This document shows positions 1 through 27,292 of a DNA stretch of 64,000 nucleotides, piece by piece. The translations under genes and the position numbers were made by a program. Location of the stretch: assembly GCF_037042905.1 (NCBI RefSeq), contig NC_087254.1:16678001-16742000 (forward strand), in the 5' to 3' direction. The notes below the pieces were generated by a model. It had not been told where the DNA came from and made no database searches. It saw only the letters and a list, made by a program, of their open reading frames with translations. How positions within the stretch are numbered: position 1 is the first letter of the stretch; each line of letters starts with the position of its first letter. The stretch comes from Lytechinus pictus. Its lineage: Eukaryota.

Positions 1-17
1 GCGTGGAAGCCGGTGCC

Positions 18-2113
18 CGGGGGGGGGGGGGGGGGTCGAATGTATTGCAATACACATGCGTGATCAAATTATTTCCAAACACCCCTTTAACGAGTTTTTC
101 TCTGTGTCGCCATATTATGACCCCAATACTTGCTAACAATAAGCTTAAAAATTATATTCATGGGTATTGCATACCCCCATGCAGTGCAGTTAGGGTTAAA
201 ATACCAGTTACACTTCGTACTTCCGAAGGTTCGTAATTCCGAAACACGTGAATTGCCTATCTTCTCAATGTTCGTTAATCCGAAAAAAAAAGAAAAAGTG
301 TTCGTTAATCCGAACATTCGAGGCGTCATTCCTATCAAGGTTTGTTAATCCGAATAGGGTTCATCATTCCGAAGGTTTGTTAGTTCGAAAACGAAATGAG
401 GTTCGTTATTCCGAGGGTTTGTTAATCCGAAAACGAAATAAATTCCGAAGTATCGTTTAATAGTCCGTAAAAGAAATAAGGTTCGTTGGAAGGCATGCAG
501 GTGCGCGGCCGAATGTATTTTCCTGGGGGGGGGGGGGGGGGGGGGAGCAAAGCCAAAATGTAGCACTTATATGAATGGGCCTTTTGGTGATAACATTTTC
601 ACCAGAAGATTATCATCTGTATAATTTATGATGTCCTTATATGTTTTGTAGTAGGAGCAAAGCCTTTTTTGATAATTTTGTTATTATTATTATATATTTA
701 GACTTTTTACGCGATTTGGAAAAAAATCCAAATCTGAAGTTATAAGACTCGCTTTTTGGTCAATTATGGGGCTAAAAATTAGGCCATATACTGTTAATAT
801 TGTAGGCCCGCGCGAGATGTTGCGAGCACTAATGGCTAATCGCAAGCTCAAACTATTGGACATTTCAATAAGAAATGAAAATTCAACATTCCGAGCAGTT
901 CTCGTTTTCATGAAAAAGATGTTTATCCAACCAAAGAATTAACGCGAGCACGAAGCGCGAACTTAAAAATTTATGATATTCCAACCATAAAAATGAAAAT
1001 TCTTAGCAATTTTATAACCGGAAAATTGAGGCGAGCCAAAAAAAAAGCGATTTTCTAACCTGAAATGTATTATGTTAAAAAATAGTATCATTTTGAAAAG
1101 GGGCATAATTCATTTTGAAAAAAAGGCATTTTCCCCTTTGAAAGGACATTTTTTACCTACGGGGATTTTTTTTAAATCATAACCAGCAGAAGCTGTTAAA
1201 AATGACACCCCTCCCTAAAAAAATCCCCTTATCTTGAGATCACATGTGACCAACACATTCCCCAACATTCTTAACCCATTATACGTGTAGCTCGATCAGG
1301 CAATCGAGCAATTGCTCAGAGAAAATGAAAATTAAGATGTTTGATCCAAGAACTGATGCAATACATGCTTGGACCATATACATGCATCCTCCGTTGAAAC
1401 TATAATTGCATAATATCCTGTTATTTTTTTAATTACAACACCGTTTTTGTTACAAAAATGACCTAATTTCGGAAAAAACGAACCTTATTTAATTTTCGGA
1501 CGAACGAACCTTCGGATTAACAAACCTTATTTCGTTTTCACACTAACGAACCTTCAGAGTAACGAACCTTATTTCGTTTTCAGACTAACGAACCTTATTT
1601 CATTTTTTTAAAACGAACCTTCGGATTAACGAACCTTATTTAATTTTCGCTGACTAACGAACCAGACTAACGAACCTTCGGAGTTACAAACGTTATTTTG
1701 TTTTAGAATTAACGAACCTTCGGAATATTCAGACCTTCCGCGGAATAACGAACCTTTGGAATTACGAATGTCACCCAAACTACCATTATGTTAACACTGT
1801 AAATAAGTGTCATCCGTAATTCATCAGGTAATAATCTAAAAAGCCCCGGTGAACAAGCTTGGGGGTGAAACATACCCTAAACAGGTTTGGCTTGTCTAAA
1901 AAAAAGCTTTGGAAAAAAAACATATACCCTAAATACGTTTGACCCCTTGATTGACCATTGTCTTTAACCACCTTTTTTTTTAAATCGGTGTTTTTGATAC
2001 CCTCAACGAGTGCATGCGCGGCCCGCGACCAAAAGTGAAAAATACGTCTTTTTAAACCCCCTTTTTGGGTCACGCATGTGTACAGCAATATATTTGACTG
2101 GCCCATCCCCCCA
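18..2113. mobile_element. Poly-G-ended MITE split by the 205-1776 foldback element
   Basis: 18-200 and 1840-2113 are the two halves, in reverse complement, of the uninterrupted copy at 41309-41799. Confidence 0.7.
205..1776. mobile_element. Foldback element with inverted arrays of a ~16-bp unit (CCGAAGGTTCGTTAAT)
   Basis: Array at ~214-490 mirrored by an AACGAACCTTCGGATT array at ~1465-1770; ends CAGTTACA / TGTCACCC. Confidence 0.75.
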
Positions 2114-2799
2114 ATAAATTCCACATCCAAAATTTAAAACAAAGGAGGAAAGATAGAAAAGGGAAGGGAAAGGTCATTCTATAAATAATAGGTAAAAATG
2201 AATCACAAAATTATATTTTTGCATTGTAAAGGTTAAGCTTTATAGAAATTTTGTTCCAGCCCCCTCAAACTTTGTGGCTCCTAACGCTAAATTTCATGGA
2301 GATACTTTCTGTAAGCCTTGCATTTGTATTTTCAAAGCTTTACGATTTGGTAGAAAACTTTGTAATTGCGACATCATTTTTCCTGGTCGCTTTCGCTTTG
2401 TTTGAAAGAACAATCCTTAGAAAACAACAACGAAAACATAACAAAGCATATAGGTATAGCAGGTATACTCATAAAGTACTTGGGTGATGATGTGTTGTGC
2501 AATACCCTGACTTTTCAACAATTCGGCTTTATTCTAGCGCCCTCTTCCATCTGGGTGCCAATTAATCGTCTTGGGTTAGTTCATTCTAAAATGGGTGTAA
2601 CATGGGTCACAGTGAACATATATTTATAATTATCATCTCAAAAGACATAAATATAAAAAATAACTCTATTGTATTATCGTTGAATTATAAAATTGAATTA
2701 ATTCGATATTAATTTCTCTACTTAAATTGATTTGTTAAAATATTTACTTCATATTGAATACATTATATTTGTTCTGCCTCCTATTCTATGAATTAGAAT

Positions 2800-3320
2800 A
2801 GCCTGTACACATGCGCAAGATCTCTCTATCGACGATCGAGGCTAGTAGTTTAGCCAGCTCGAAAGACAGGGTACAGCTGCCCCGAATCTCCAAAATACGC
2901 CTATTTTCAACGATGTTCAAAGGATTTCCTGTTATCCAGCGTATATGTCTGAAATTTCGATGAGTTTCATCATCTGCTGGTCGAGCATAAGAACACTCCC
3001 ATCGATGGTTCGAGGAAAGAAAATGCGTTTACCAAGAGCGAGATTATCAAGAACTTGTCTCGGACCGCAAGTCGCATGTAAAGTGACATTACGTGGTTTA
3101 TGTGCATAACAAACGAGAGTTTCTTCTGTTGTGAAGACCGAAGTGTGTGTTGGTGAATGTGAAATCTTACCCGGTGGAGTCGGCTTACATAACACTGCAC
3201 TGAACAGTCTGCGTCGCGTTGCCGTTGCGTTGGTCTCGATTCTTTCGACTTTTAATTTTATTCAGCCAATCCCCACCCAGGGCCTCTACCTTGACTCTGT
3301 ACTCCTGAGGTAGAATTCTC
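2800..3320 (+). promoter_or_regulatory. Probable GTPBP1 promoter / non-coding first exon
   Basis: CpG-enriched unique sequence upstream of the acceptor at 3789; candidate donors at 3310 (GAG|GTAGAA) and 3513 (TAG|GTATGC); TSS not determinable. Confidence 0.45.
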
Positions 3321-3835
3321 ACTTGAAAAAATATTTGTCAATTTACTTGCCCTCAGCTCCGGCCTCCACTCAAATTGTCTATTCTATAATTTCTAGTTTT
3401 TAAAAACGATCTGCTAATTTTTATTCATGAATTTTTACCCGATTCTTTTTTACAAACTGATTGTGGATGTGATTTTGTTGATTCATCTGTATTCTGTGCA
3501 ATAGAATGTTAGGTATGCAGGCCTAAAAACATTTTTAGTTTCGGCCTAACATTACGCAACGAACGATCCTTCCTTGAATGATAGTTGATTGGAGACTTGT
3601 GATAATTGATGACTTATTTTGTTCGTGAACTGAGAGAAAAACTTTACAATAACAATCCATAATTTGTGTTTCTGGATCTAACTAAAGTAAAGTTACATGT
3701 ATCTACATGTATTTAGCTGCTAGAAATTATAAGTGCAGAATTACCTGAATTTCTTGTGTGTTCCTAACTGAAATCTACTCTTAAACCAGGAATTAGCATC
3801 ATTTTCAAAGAGAAAGAACAATAATTGTTGGTAAA

Positions 3836-17538
<13,703 letters not shown>

Positions 17539-20171
17539 TGCTACCTTCAGTCTTCATACATACAGCATGGGAAGGATTTAGTTTATCGTTTAAGAAGCAG
17601 CCCACCTTTTGAGGGCAGTGCTTGTTAAGTTTTCTGCATACCGTCATATGCATTGATATATTGTTATTGTGTAAGGCAACCCTTTCCAGACTGCATCCTT
17701 GTAAACTCAGAATTTCACTGCATAGCGTTACTTCAGGCAATTAGTGATTATGCTTACAACTACAATTTTGGAAAACTTTGAGTTCAAATATAATTGTGAA
17801 TCACTATTATTATTTTCAATGTCATGTGATGTTGCAATTGTGATGAAACTCTCCTAAAAAGGCAGAAATTTACACTTTCATATAACACCGAGAGCTGATT
17901 ATGGCAAAATCTTCTTTTCAGCTTAGGTACATGTATATGTGACAATTGTAATTAACCCTGTGCTGTAATAAAAATCTCATTGGTAAAGGTTTTGCAGACT
18001 TGGGCAGCCGCAATCATATCAACTTTATATATGCAAGGACCTCTGTTAAATGTAATATCATTGAATACTTTGAAGACAAGTAAAGCATGGAGGGCCGACG
18101 ACCAGATGGATTGATTGATCGTGTCAAATCCTTGGATGATCTACATAAAATTACATTAGTTTGAGAGTACCGTAATATTCCCATCTACATGATAGTGTAT
18201 AAAAATTTATCTTCGAGCCATCTTGTCACCGTTATATGGAATTTGAGCTTATTATACCAAGAAGTTTTATGCATGAAGATTGGTCTAGTTGAGTGAAGTC
18301 ATAATCCTTGATGATACATACAATTAAACATCAAGTGGAACAAAATAGAGATCTAATAAGAGGACCATTAACCAGGATGGGTATGTAGGGAGACAAAATA
18401 ATTAGGATGTATTAAGCACTCGAATAGGGGGGGGGGGGTGGGTAAGTCAATGAAATCAAGTGAAGATATCGAGCAGAAGTTGAGACAAAGTTCTCTTTTT
18501 AAATTGCAGTGTAGATAGTACATTTGTAGATATTCTCATAACAGATTTTCATTTTTATGCATTTTTTTTTCTTCTGTAATATTGTTTCTTCCAGTTTGAA
18601 GTTTTTTGTTTTTTTAAAACTACATAGGAGTGCTCTTGTGTAGCTCTTTTTTTGCCTGGACATGTACTCTGCAATTCTCATGACTATCATCATACAAGTT
18701 CTTTTTTCCTTTTTTACCCCTCTGACTACAGGAATTTTGGCCTTGCCTTGCATAGTTTTCTCATAAACCAAGGAGCATGCTGGTTGATCAAAACAATGAC
18801 CTATGCACAAGTGTTAATTATGTTATTGGCAAAAATTCAACAAATGCAGTCATTTTGATTGCATATTTGAGCAGGTGTAAGTAAATTATCGGTATTTTGC
18901 TTCCCCCGATTTTAGTGCTTATTGTGTCTGTGTTTATAATACCTGTCATTCAAACTACCACAATATTGCATTTGGTGTTTTGAACTGGATCAAGTTAAAA
19001 AGAGAATGCTCGGGACTGAAGTTTTTAAGTGAGGCAGCTCATGGTTTTATAATTAATTGGAACAATTGGTACTCTTTGCAAGGTGGGGCCTTGTTCTTTT
19101 TCAATCAAATCTATGGGGCTCAAATATTTGGTAGTCGGAGGGTAAATATCGGGAATGAATGCGGCTAGGCGAAACTGCGCAACCGTGAGAAGTGTTGGCA
19201 ATGCGGTATTTTTCAGTAAAACAAGATATTGCAGCTGTGTACAAAATACCATGAAGTTGGCTTGTAGATCAAGACAGGAATTAACACGAATAACATGGTC
19301 AAATGTATTTTTTTCTCAGACTTAATTACTGTTTAGAGGTACAAAATGTATTTTTAACAGATACTTTTAATATACGCATCTGTTAAATTCAATTATATAC
19401 CCACATGTAGTACAAGAGTTCAACATTCATATGAATCAACATCTCTGTAATTGAGCCTTTTTTTCATTTTATTATTCATGAATAGGTTTGTTGCTTATTA
19501 TGCACTTTAGACTTACATTTTTGCTATAATTCTGTATTTTCATCTTTTAATTCATTTTCCTTTTATTAGGGTTGTTTACATGAGAACATTCACTGATATT
19601 CTGACAAGCAGGCCTTACTTTGGGAAAGGGCAAACATGTTTACTGGCTACTATGAAATTAATAACAAGAAACATGTCATGCAGTGGCTTACGCAGCTGCC
19701 ATAAGATTAATATGAATCGCACTGAAATCTAAATTATTATAGAATGAAAACAAACCTTAATGAAGAAATACAAGTTTTTAAGAATATTGCAGTCTACCAA
19801 ATCAGTGAAATATTTGGAAACAATCAATTGAATTCATATCAGATAGAGAAACAAAGAGGGGAAAAGAATGTGTGGGAAGATATGAAGCAATTAGTTTATG
19901 CCAAAATAAATGTTAATTGTATTATTAGAACAAATGTTTGTATTTCTCAAATTCATTTCACTTCTGAAATCCTGAATGAGAGGGAAGAAAGAGAGAAACA
20001 GTTATTGAAAGGAAGGGGACAAGAGAGAGAAGGGGAAAGGGATAGAGGGGGACAGAAAAACTTGACTTGGGCAGTTTCACCAATTCATTAAAGTACAGCA
20101 GGCTCTCTCAATCGTCAGCGTCTTGAGCATTTTTTTTTCAGGCCATATGTATAACGTGTTCATTAATCTTA

Positions 20172-20522
20172 AGCCCAGCATGCACTAGGCGATGCAATTG
20201 CACTAAGATCTGATTACAACAAGTTGTCAATTGCATCTCCATGCAATTGCATTGCAGGCGCCAGCGCACGTATAACAACAGCTCTGCATCTCCATGGCAC
20301 CTCTTTCCACGCTTACTTTGCACTGCAGCAGCGCATCAAAGGACAGATCTGATTGGCCCATATTATTAAAATCGCACCAAGATTTGATGTCCAATGTCTG
20401 AGATTTCGTCTGATTCTTCTGCAAAAAATTGGATCTCGGTTGCAGTCCGTTGCAGGTTGGTGCACATTGCGATTTGTTGCAATTGGATCTCGGTGCAATC
20501 GCGTCGCACAGTGCGCTGGGCT
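20172..20522. mobile_element. MITE with AGCCCAGC...GCTGGGCT termini
   Basis: Imperfect TIR AGCCCAGCATGCACT / AGTGCGCTGGGCT; repeated internal TGCAATTGCA motifs. Confidence 0.6.
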
Positions 20523-21038
20523 CAAGTCAACATTAATATTAGTCAAACAGACTTCTGTGGTCCCAAGAGATTTGACTTGGGCAGATTCAACTATACAGTA
20601 CATTCAGACTTGCCAACCATTGGGAATGAAAAATTGTATTCTGTGATAAAAACTGTATTTCCCCCCAATATACTGTATTTCATAATAAAATAGGCACTGC
20701 TATGCAGATAGCAGGCCTGCCAACATTTTGAAAATGAAAAAGGAGTCCCAATTGCGGCGCTTAAGCTGCATGCAAGCTAAATTGCGCACTGCTCTTGCAG
20801 ATGGAAAAAAAAACAAATTACCTGAAATTGCATTCATCAAATAACCATATTTGTATAAGTTTAAGGAAATTGAGACATATAGAGATGATTTTTTTTCAAT
20901 AAATTACGATTTTGTTTTAAAAAATGTGTACAAAATCATAGACTTATAAGAAAAAACGTACTGTTGTATTTTGGTTGCGAAAACGTACTAAATAACCAAA
21001 AAACGTACTGGTTGGCAGCTCTGTACATTGTCCTCTCT

Positions 21039-22423
21039 GGCCCATATTCTTAACTCTGAATTAATTTAAAATCAGGTTTAAATTGTGGTTTAACTATGGA
21101 TAGCCAATTGTGACATATATCTCTTAACAGTAGAGGTTCAACCATCAGGTGATTTGACTCTAATCATTGTAAACTGTCTGGGAATGATAAGTAAGATGGT
21201 TGTCTTCACCATTAAAGAATTAGGGATAAAGACAGTAAACATGCAAAACATACATGTAAATAAAATTTTGACATTTATGGCTTCCTATAATTCTAGTGAA
21301 GATTTAAACCATGAATTCAGAATATGTGCCTCTGAATCCAATATTTCCTGCTTCTATGGCCTGTATTCTTAACTCTGGTCTAAAGTTGTGGTTTAACTAT
21401 GGATAGCCAATTGTGACCTATATTTCTAACTGTAGAGGCTCATATAATACAAATATACCAGGTTTGAGAAAGTATAGTGGAAATATTTTTATCCGAGTTT
21501 GGTTCGGCAATTACTATTAACATTGCCGGACAAACTGAGGATAAAATATTTCCACTACACTTTCAAAAGAAATGCCTGGTATATTTGTTTTATATCCCTT
21601 CCATATTAAAGTTTGAACGAAAATTGTTAGTAATCTAGTCTTAATTGACCTATCTCCATGATCTGGACAAAATCTAGATCGCCTTAGCTTTAATTTAAGC
21701 AAAACTGGCTCATCATTGGCTAGTCGGTTATATACTGCGCGCGGTTTGGTTTGTTGTTGCGCAGCGGCAGTACTGAGATCGATCTAATAATTCCACTTAC
21801 CGGTTGTGAACTAATCCTACTGATCTAAAATCAAGCAGCCCGAATCATTCGATGATCGAATGATGGCCATCATTAATATTATTTTCAGAATACAGATTAA
21901 TTATAAACAAGCAAGACGTGATTTCATATTGACATTTACTTATCGGAGAGTTTGTGATTCAGCTCGCATTGCATTTTTAACTGTATTGATTGCACTGAGC
22001 TCAGCGGACCACTGATAAGCGTCTGCGCCGTTGCATCACGGAACTGTGCCCGAGAGATCGTGTGGTTTTCAGTCAGACGCAAAATAGTAAATAGTGACTC
22101 TGACGTCACAAACTATTTTGATCACGTATGAATTTCATTTTTCTGGTGAAATTATGATTAGTCATGTGAAGGGCTCTCAACAAATCAAATAGCAACACAT
22201 TTTCAGTAAGGGATATAATATCATCTCATTTGACTCTCAAATCATTGTTAATTGTCTGGGAAGTATAACTAAGATAATTGTCTCCACTATTGATTAATTA
22301 GGAAAGAGCATTCTAAACATAAGAAACATACCATGTGAACAAATTTTGACATCTTTGGCTTCCAATAATTTCAGCACAGAGTTAGACCATGGTCTAATTC
22401 AAACCAGAGTTCAGAATACGGGC
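21039..22423. mobile_element. Two tandem copies of a GGCCCGTATTCT-ended MITE; the second is interrupted by an ~770-bp insert
   Basis: Copy 1 at 21039-21330; copy 2 at 21358-22423 with unrelated sequence at ~21450-22225. Confidence 0.7.
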
Positions 22424-23101
22424 GTATGGGTCTGGCACTATCAAATTCAGATTGGGCAATGTTAATATACATAACAAAGTACACAACAATGCCCTATTCA
22501 TAACTTTTCAACAAAATAACTTGTCTGGAATTTTACATTCATTGATTTATTTCACTCATCCACTCAGTCATGCACGTGTGAGCACATATCAACAGCCAAA
22601 AATTCACTCAGAAGTCAAGAGGTCCATTTTTGGGATTAGTAACACATAATTTTGAAAAATGTCTCTGGTCAATGAGCGCCATTAACCCACTTTTTGATCA
22701 CCACCTGACCAAGTGGTGAAATAGCCTAAGAAAACATCCACTGAAAATAATCAACATACATGTATATTCAAAATGTATTGAAGCTTTATTCACTTTAAAC
22801 AAAACGAAATACAAAAAGTCAATTTCTCAAAATTTTGGCTGACCTTGCAGTGAAGTTTTCACAATAACACAGTAATGGTGAAATAAAGAAAAGTAAAAAA
22901 AAAATGTTCTGCAATTCAGGATGAATAAAATTGTCACACTGCTTGCACAAGAATCCCCAACTGAAGTTGGGTTCCATTCAAGCCCTGAGGAAAGTTATTA
23001 TAGAAAAATAATTTCTATATTTTCCATCAATAGAGGGCTTCACAAAAATGTGCCTAAAATATTACAGATATTTGATCACTCTCATGAACAAAAATAATAT
23101 A

Positions 23102-23619
23102 CTCCTAGCTTGGAGGCTCCTAGAGAGTAAAAATCATTCACTGACGTGAGCTTACTCTCCACGGAGCCAGGGATTGCGACCCATTCATGTGTGTGTACCC
23201 TGAAAAAATTGAATTTTTGCCCGAGATTTCTACTTTCCTTCTAATAGATCTAGACCTAAATCATATAAATCGGATACAACTTCATTTCCGACATATCAAA
23301 GATAAACGCGTCTTGTCGCTTAGCGAAAAACAATGAAAACAAGATGGTGACTTAAACATCGTCTTTTCATATTTTCCCCTTTTTTAAAAATGAATTCTTG
23401 TTTAAAAATGAAATTAATATTGTAGAAATGTCGAAAATGAAGTTGTATCCCATTTACATGATTTAGGGCTAGACTTTTTAGAAGTAGAAATCTTGTGGGT
23501 GAAAATTTCAGTTTTTTTTGCGGTACACGCACATGAATGGGACGTAATCTCTGGCTCCGTGGAGAGTAAGCACACGTCAGTGAATGATTTTTACTCTCTA
23601 GGAGCCTCCTGGCTAGGAG
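23102..23619. mobile_element. Palindromic MITE with TA TSD
   Basis: TA|CTCCTAGC..GGAGGCTCCTAGAGAGTAAAAATCATTCACTGACGTG with its reverse complement at the right end |TA; arms ~190 bp. Confidence 0.85.
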
Positions 23620-25494
23620 TACTGGCCTTGGCCACTCATCCAACGTACATGGTTATGACATGGACATCAGAGCAGAGGATTATCTAGGGGACACAATAGA
23701 TGTCCCCCCCCCATGAACAAAGGATAATCCTCAGCACCGACGCCCATGGGTTGTGATATCATGATGTCCTAAGACAGGACCCCCTGTGTGGTGAAATAGG
23801 GTTGGCAATGTTTGGCTTACTTTCTCTTGTTTTGGGGATGTATGTTTGATTTTTCTTTTTTTACACTGACAGTTTCCATTCCAGCTAGTTATCATATAAC
23901 TTGGCTCTAAAGTAAATCGAATTATTTTCATTCTTCTTTTTTTTTTAATTAAAAAGATTGTTTTGTACCCATTCAGACCAACTTTATAGGTACTTTCCGC
24001 CATTAGAAGGCCATTAGAAGATTTTCAGTGCTCTGGTGAATAACAAATATAATCCCAAAGTTAATAATAAAAAAAAATCACAACTGAATGGAACTGAGTA
24101 TTTTGGGTTACAAAAAGTAATATTTTAAAGAATTTCTTAAATGTATGTTGTATATTGCATACATCAACATGTAGATTACCACAGACAGGATGGTTGCACT
24201 GTACAAGCTAAATGGTAATTTTCAAAAGAATAACTCACTTATAGATTGCTTCCCTTTTTCTGCTTGAACCATCTCCATAATAAAGTAACTTGCTCTTTCA
24301 ATGCTCAAATGGTGTGACAGTCCAAAATCTGCCAGGAGGCCACTGCTATTACCGGTGCCCCAGATTTCTTGTGCACACAGGTGAATAGGCAATAACACAG
24401 ATCCATGATACACGTATACAAACTGCACATGAAATAAATCACCAACTCCAGCACATCATCGGTAGTGCAATAAGTGACGGTGCATAATACCTATCCTTAT
24501 TGGCAGCAATCATCAATACAGACAGTGCATGAACATGCTCTTGTTGATTCATTGTTCCCTAACAAAATAGACCAGGAAAGCATTTCATGGACCAAATAGT
24601 GAGTGATTTTCCCTGACAATTGTTATAAGCTACTGCAAATCCTTGCATTTGATTGGCTGGGAGAAAATAAGTCACTGAATAAACTTTTCATGAAACACTA
24701 CCCAGCTTACTCAACTGTGCAAACTCTTCAATTCCTTTTTGCTTGGCGGGGACTTAGTAACGAAGAATTCCATTCACATGTTATTCATGGATGAACTACA
24801 ATACTTGGAATCCAGTTGCATTGCTTCATGATCAGTCAGGAAATTCTCTCGAAGTGGTGGCAACAACTTTTGTTAATTAATGCATAGGATTTGAAAGTGG
24901 TATCATGGTCAAGCAGTCTATAGACCAATTCAGTTGGATGCTGTTTTTTTATGGTAATTTCTATTACGTGGGGGGCTTAAAGGATACCTTACAAAAAGAT
25001 CATGTCTGCACTGACATAGCAATGCACCTGGCTCATTGCATAACCCATTGAAAAGTGTTTTTATTTTTCTTTGGAAACCCCATGTTATAATGGCTGCCAT
25101 AAATTGCAGTGATATGAAATAAAATTCTTCTATAGATGAAGCCAACTTCACAGCACTGCGAATGCTGCCTATAACTGGATGGGCTTCCAAAATTTTTTTT
25201 TACATAGCAACATACAAGGCTCATGCATAACTCATAACCCATTGGGTTATGCATGAATCATGTGTGCTGCTATGTTACTGAATAAATTACCCATTGTTAA
25301 TAGACATAATTAACAGTCCCCAGTTATAAATTGATCAGTACTCGTTTCTCTGCTCACAGCATTTAATGAATCCCTTCATGCTAGTAACCCATTTCTGCAT
25401 GGGTGAAAAATGACATATCTAGTTGACTGTCTGACCAGAAGACATTTGTGCTCCAAGATAAGGCCTATAAAAATGTTGTTGCCATCATTATAAC

Positions 25495-26878
25495 AATAAT
25501 AATAGGCGGCATTTATATAGCGCCATCTATCTAGAGATAATCTATGTATTCTGAGGCATATTTTTATTTTTATCATTATTACCCTGGCTTTAGCTCAAGC
25601 TTTATTTCAGCACTCAGCAGTCAGTCCGCAAGCCCCTGTGTTAATGAGCAAATGAGCAAGATTTATCCAAGTCCTCTCGTGGCTGAATTCATGTCCCTGC
25701 AAAATATCGTGAATTGTGAGACTTTCTTTCTCAAAGAATTTAACCACTTTTTCCTTGAGTAATATTGATTATTTTTGTACCATGGGCAAGAGTAAATGTT
25801 ACTCTTTTATATTGGTAATTTCTTTTGAATGAAATATTTTGATAAATAAGTGAATTTTTTACCTGAAAAGATGCATCAAACAGAATTTTCTTCCTCTGTT
25901 TTCACTTGCAAATTGTGCAACAATTTGTGTTTTAGGCACCAACATTATTTATATCATCAGAAAGCTCAAACTCTATACTTTCTTACAATGTCACTCTTGA
26001 TATGTGGCATCTTTTAGATGGGTCAGCAGCCAGCTTTGTCCACCAAGATGCAAGACGAGATTTCTGAAATTTCTGAGTAACATAAAATCCAGAGTTCTGA
26101 TTGGCTGAATACTGTTTTCAAAACAAACAGGCGCGGGTAATTTGAAGAGATTACCACATGGTGAGTGTGACCTTGCAGAGGCCCAGTGTGGGGAACATTG
26201 GAATTTGCGTGGCTGTGTGGTCTCTATGACCAATCAGAGCGCAGTATTCTTGTTTTTGAGCTGCAAAATGTACTTGGCCTATGAAAAGCTGGCTGCTGAC
26301 CCATCTAAAATACATCTTCTTGTAAAAATAATATCATATCAAAGCTTAGATCTTCAGCTTTATCATGATCTAAATATCATTTGTGCCCAAACAGAAATTA
26401 AGTGTGAAAACAACAACCTTTGTTACATGAAAAAAATATTTTGTTTCATGTTTTAGATCAAAAGTTTTTCCTATATTACAACATTCTTTTAAAATTCCAA
26501 ACACATGACCTGAAAGAACGATTCTTCTTCTTTACAAAGATACCAAAAACATGAAATTTGGTCAATATTTAGAGCAGCAATGGCCGAATAAAAAGAGGTG
26601 TTTTGGTTCGCACCAAGCTCATTAACTATGCAAAAACCCTCTAGTCATGAATATCACTTGGATAAAAGAAGCTACTTTTTCAGGGCTTGCGGACTGACTG
26701 TCAGTACATGCATTCAAGGAGTTAATCCTGCTGGGTACCCATTCACCTCACCTGGGTTGAGTGCAGCACAATGTGGGTAAATTTCTTGCTGAAGGAAAAC
26801 ACGCCATGGCTGGGATTCGAACCCAAGACCCTCTGTTTCAAAGTCCGAATACTAATCCACTGGGCCACAATGCTCCAC
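25495..26878 (-). mobile_element. tRNA-derived SINE split by the 25618-26700 transposon
   Basis: Tail at 25495-25617; core and head with B box GGTTCGAATCCC at 26701-26878. Confidence 0.85.
25618..26700. mobile_element. Non-autonomous DNA transposon with 18-bp TIR CAGTCAGTCCGCAAGCCC
   Basis: Perfect TIRs at 25618-25635 and 26683-26700; TCAG on both flanks; interrupts a SINE; homologous inverted copy at 9089-10732. Confidence 0.85.
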
Positions 26879-27271
26879 ATAAACAAATGCAAACCCAAAT
26901 AAACAAATGCAATGTTTTTGTGAGATTTGCTCGAATTTATATTCAGTGGCTTAAAAAGCACTTAAATATTCATGAGGTTTGACTGCATAAATAAATCATC
27001 CTATGTGTGCAGTGCAACAGCAAAGGTAACTAAAAAAAATTGACCAACCCAACTTTCCTATTTTGGAGGTATAGGGGCAACATAACTTTTGCAGGCCAAA
27101 GATTCAAACAAGATCCATGGGCTGACAGATCTTTGACCTCTTGACTTCAACACGCTAGAGTCCCATTCCATCACAGGTGTCCATACAACACTGTTGAATA
27201 AAGGTGTCTTGCAGAACATCTAGCATCTGCATCGACATCATCACCAAAGACGTTGCCATTTCCACTTTCCA

Positions 27272-27292
27272 TCATATCTTCCCTTTCAGTTC
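27272..27292 (-). CDS. TELO2: TELO2 probable terminal exon, coding part (ELKGKI*)
   Basis: T-rich tract plus atag| acceptor at 27293-27294, phase 0, TGA after 6 codons; too short for homology support. Confidence 0.6.
   Translation of the reverse strand, partial: ELKGKI

Noticed and set aside
26790-26880. tRNA gene candidates (A/B boxes here and at 29040, 36810-36870 and 48020)
   Set aside because: No cloverleaf acceptor stem; each continues into a shared SINE core and (TAT)n tail.
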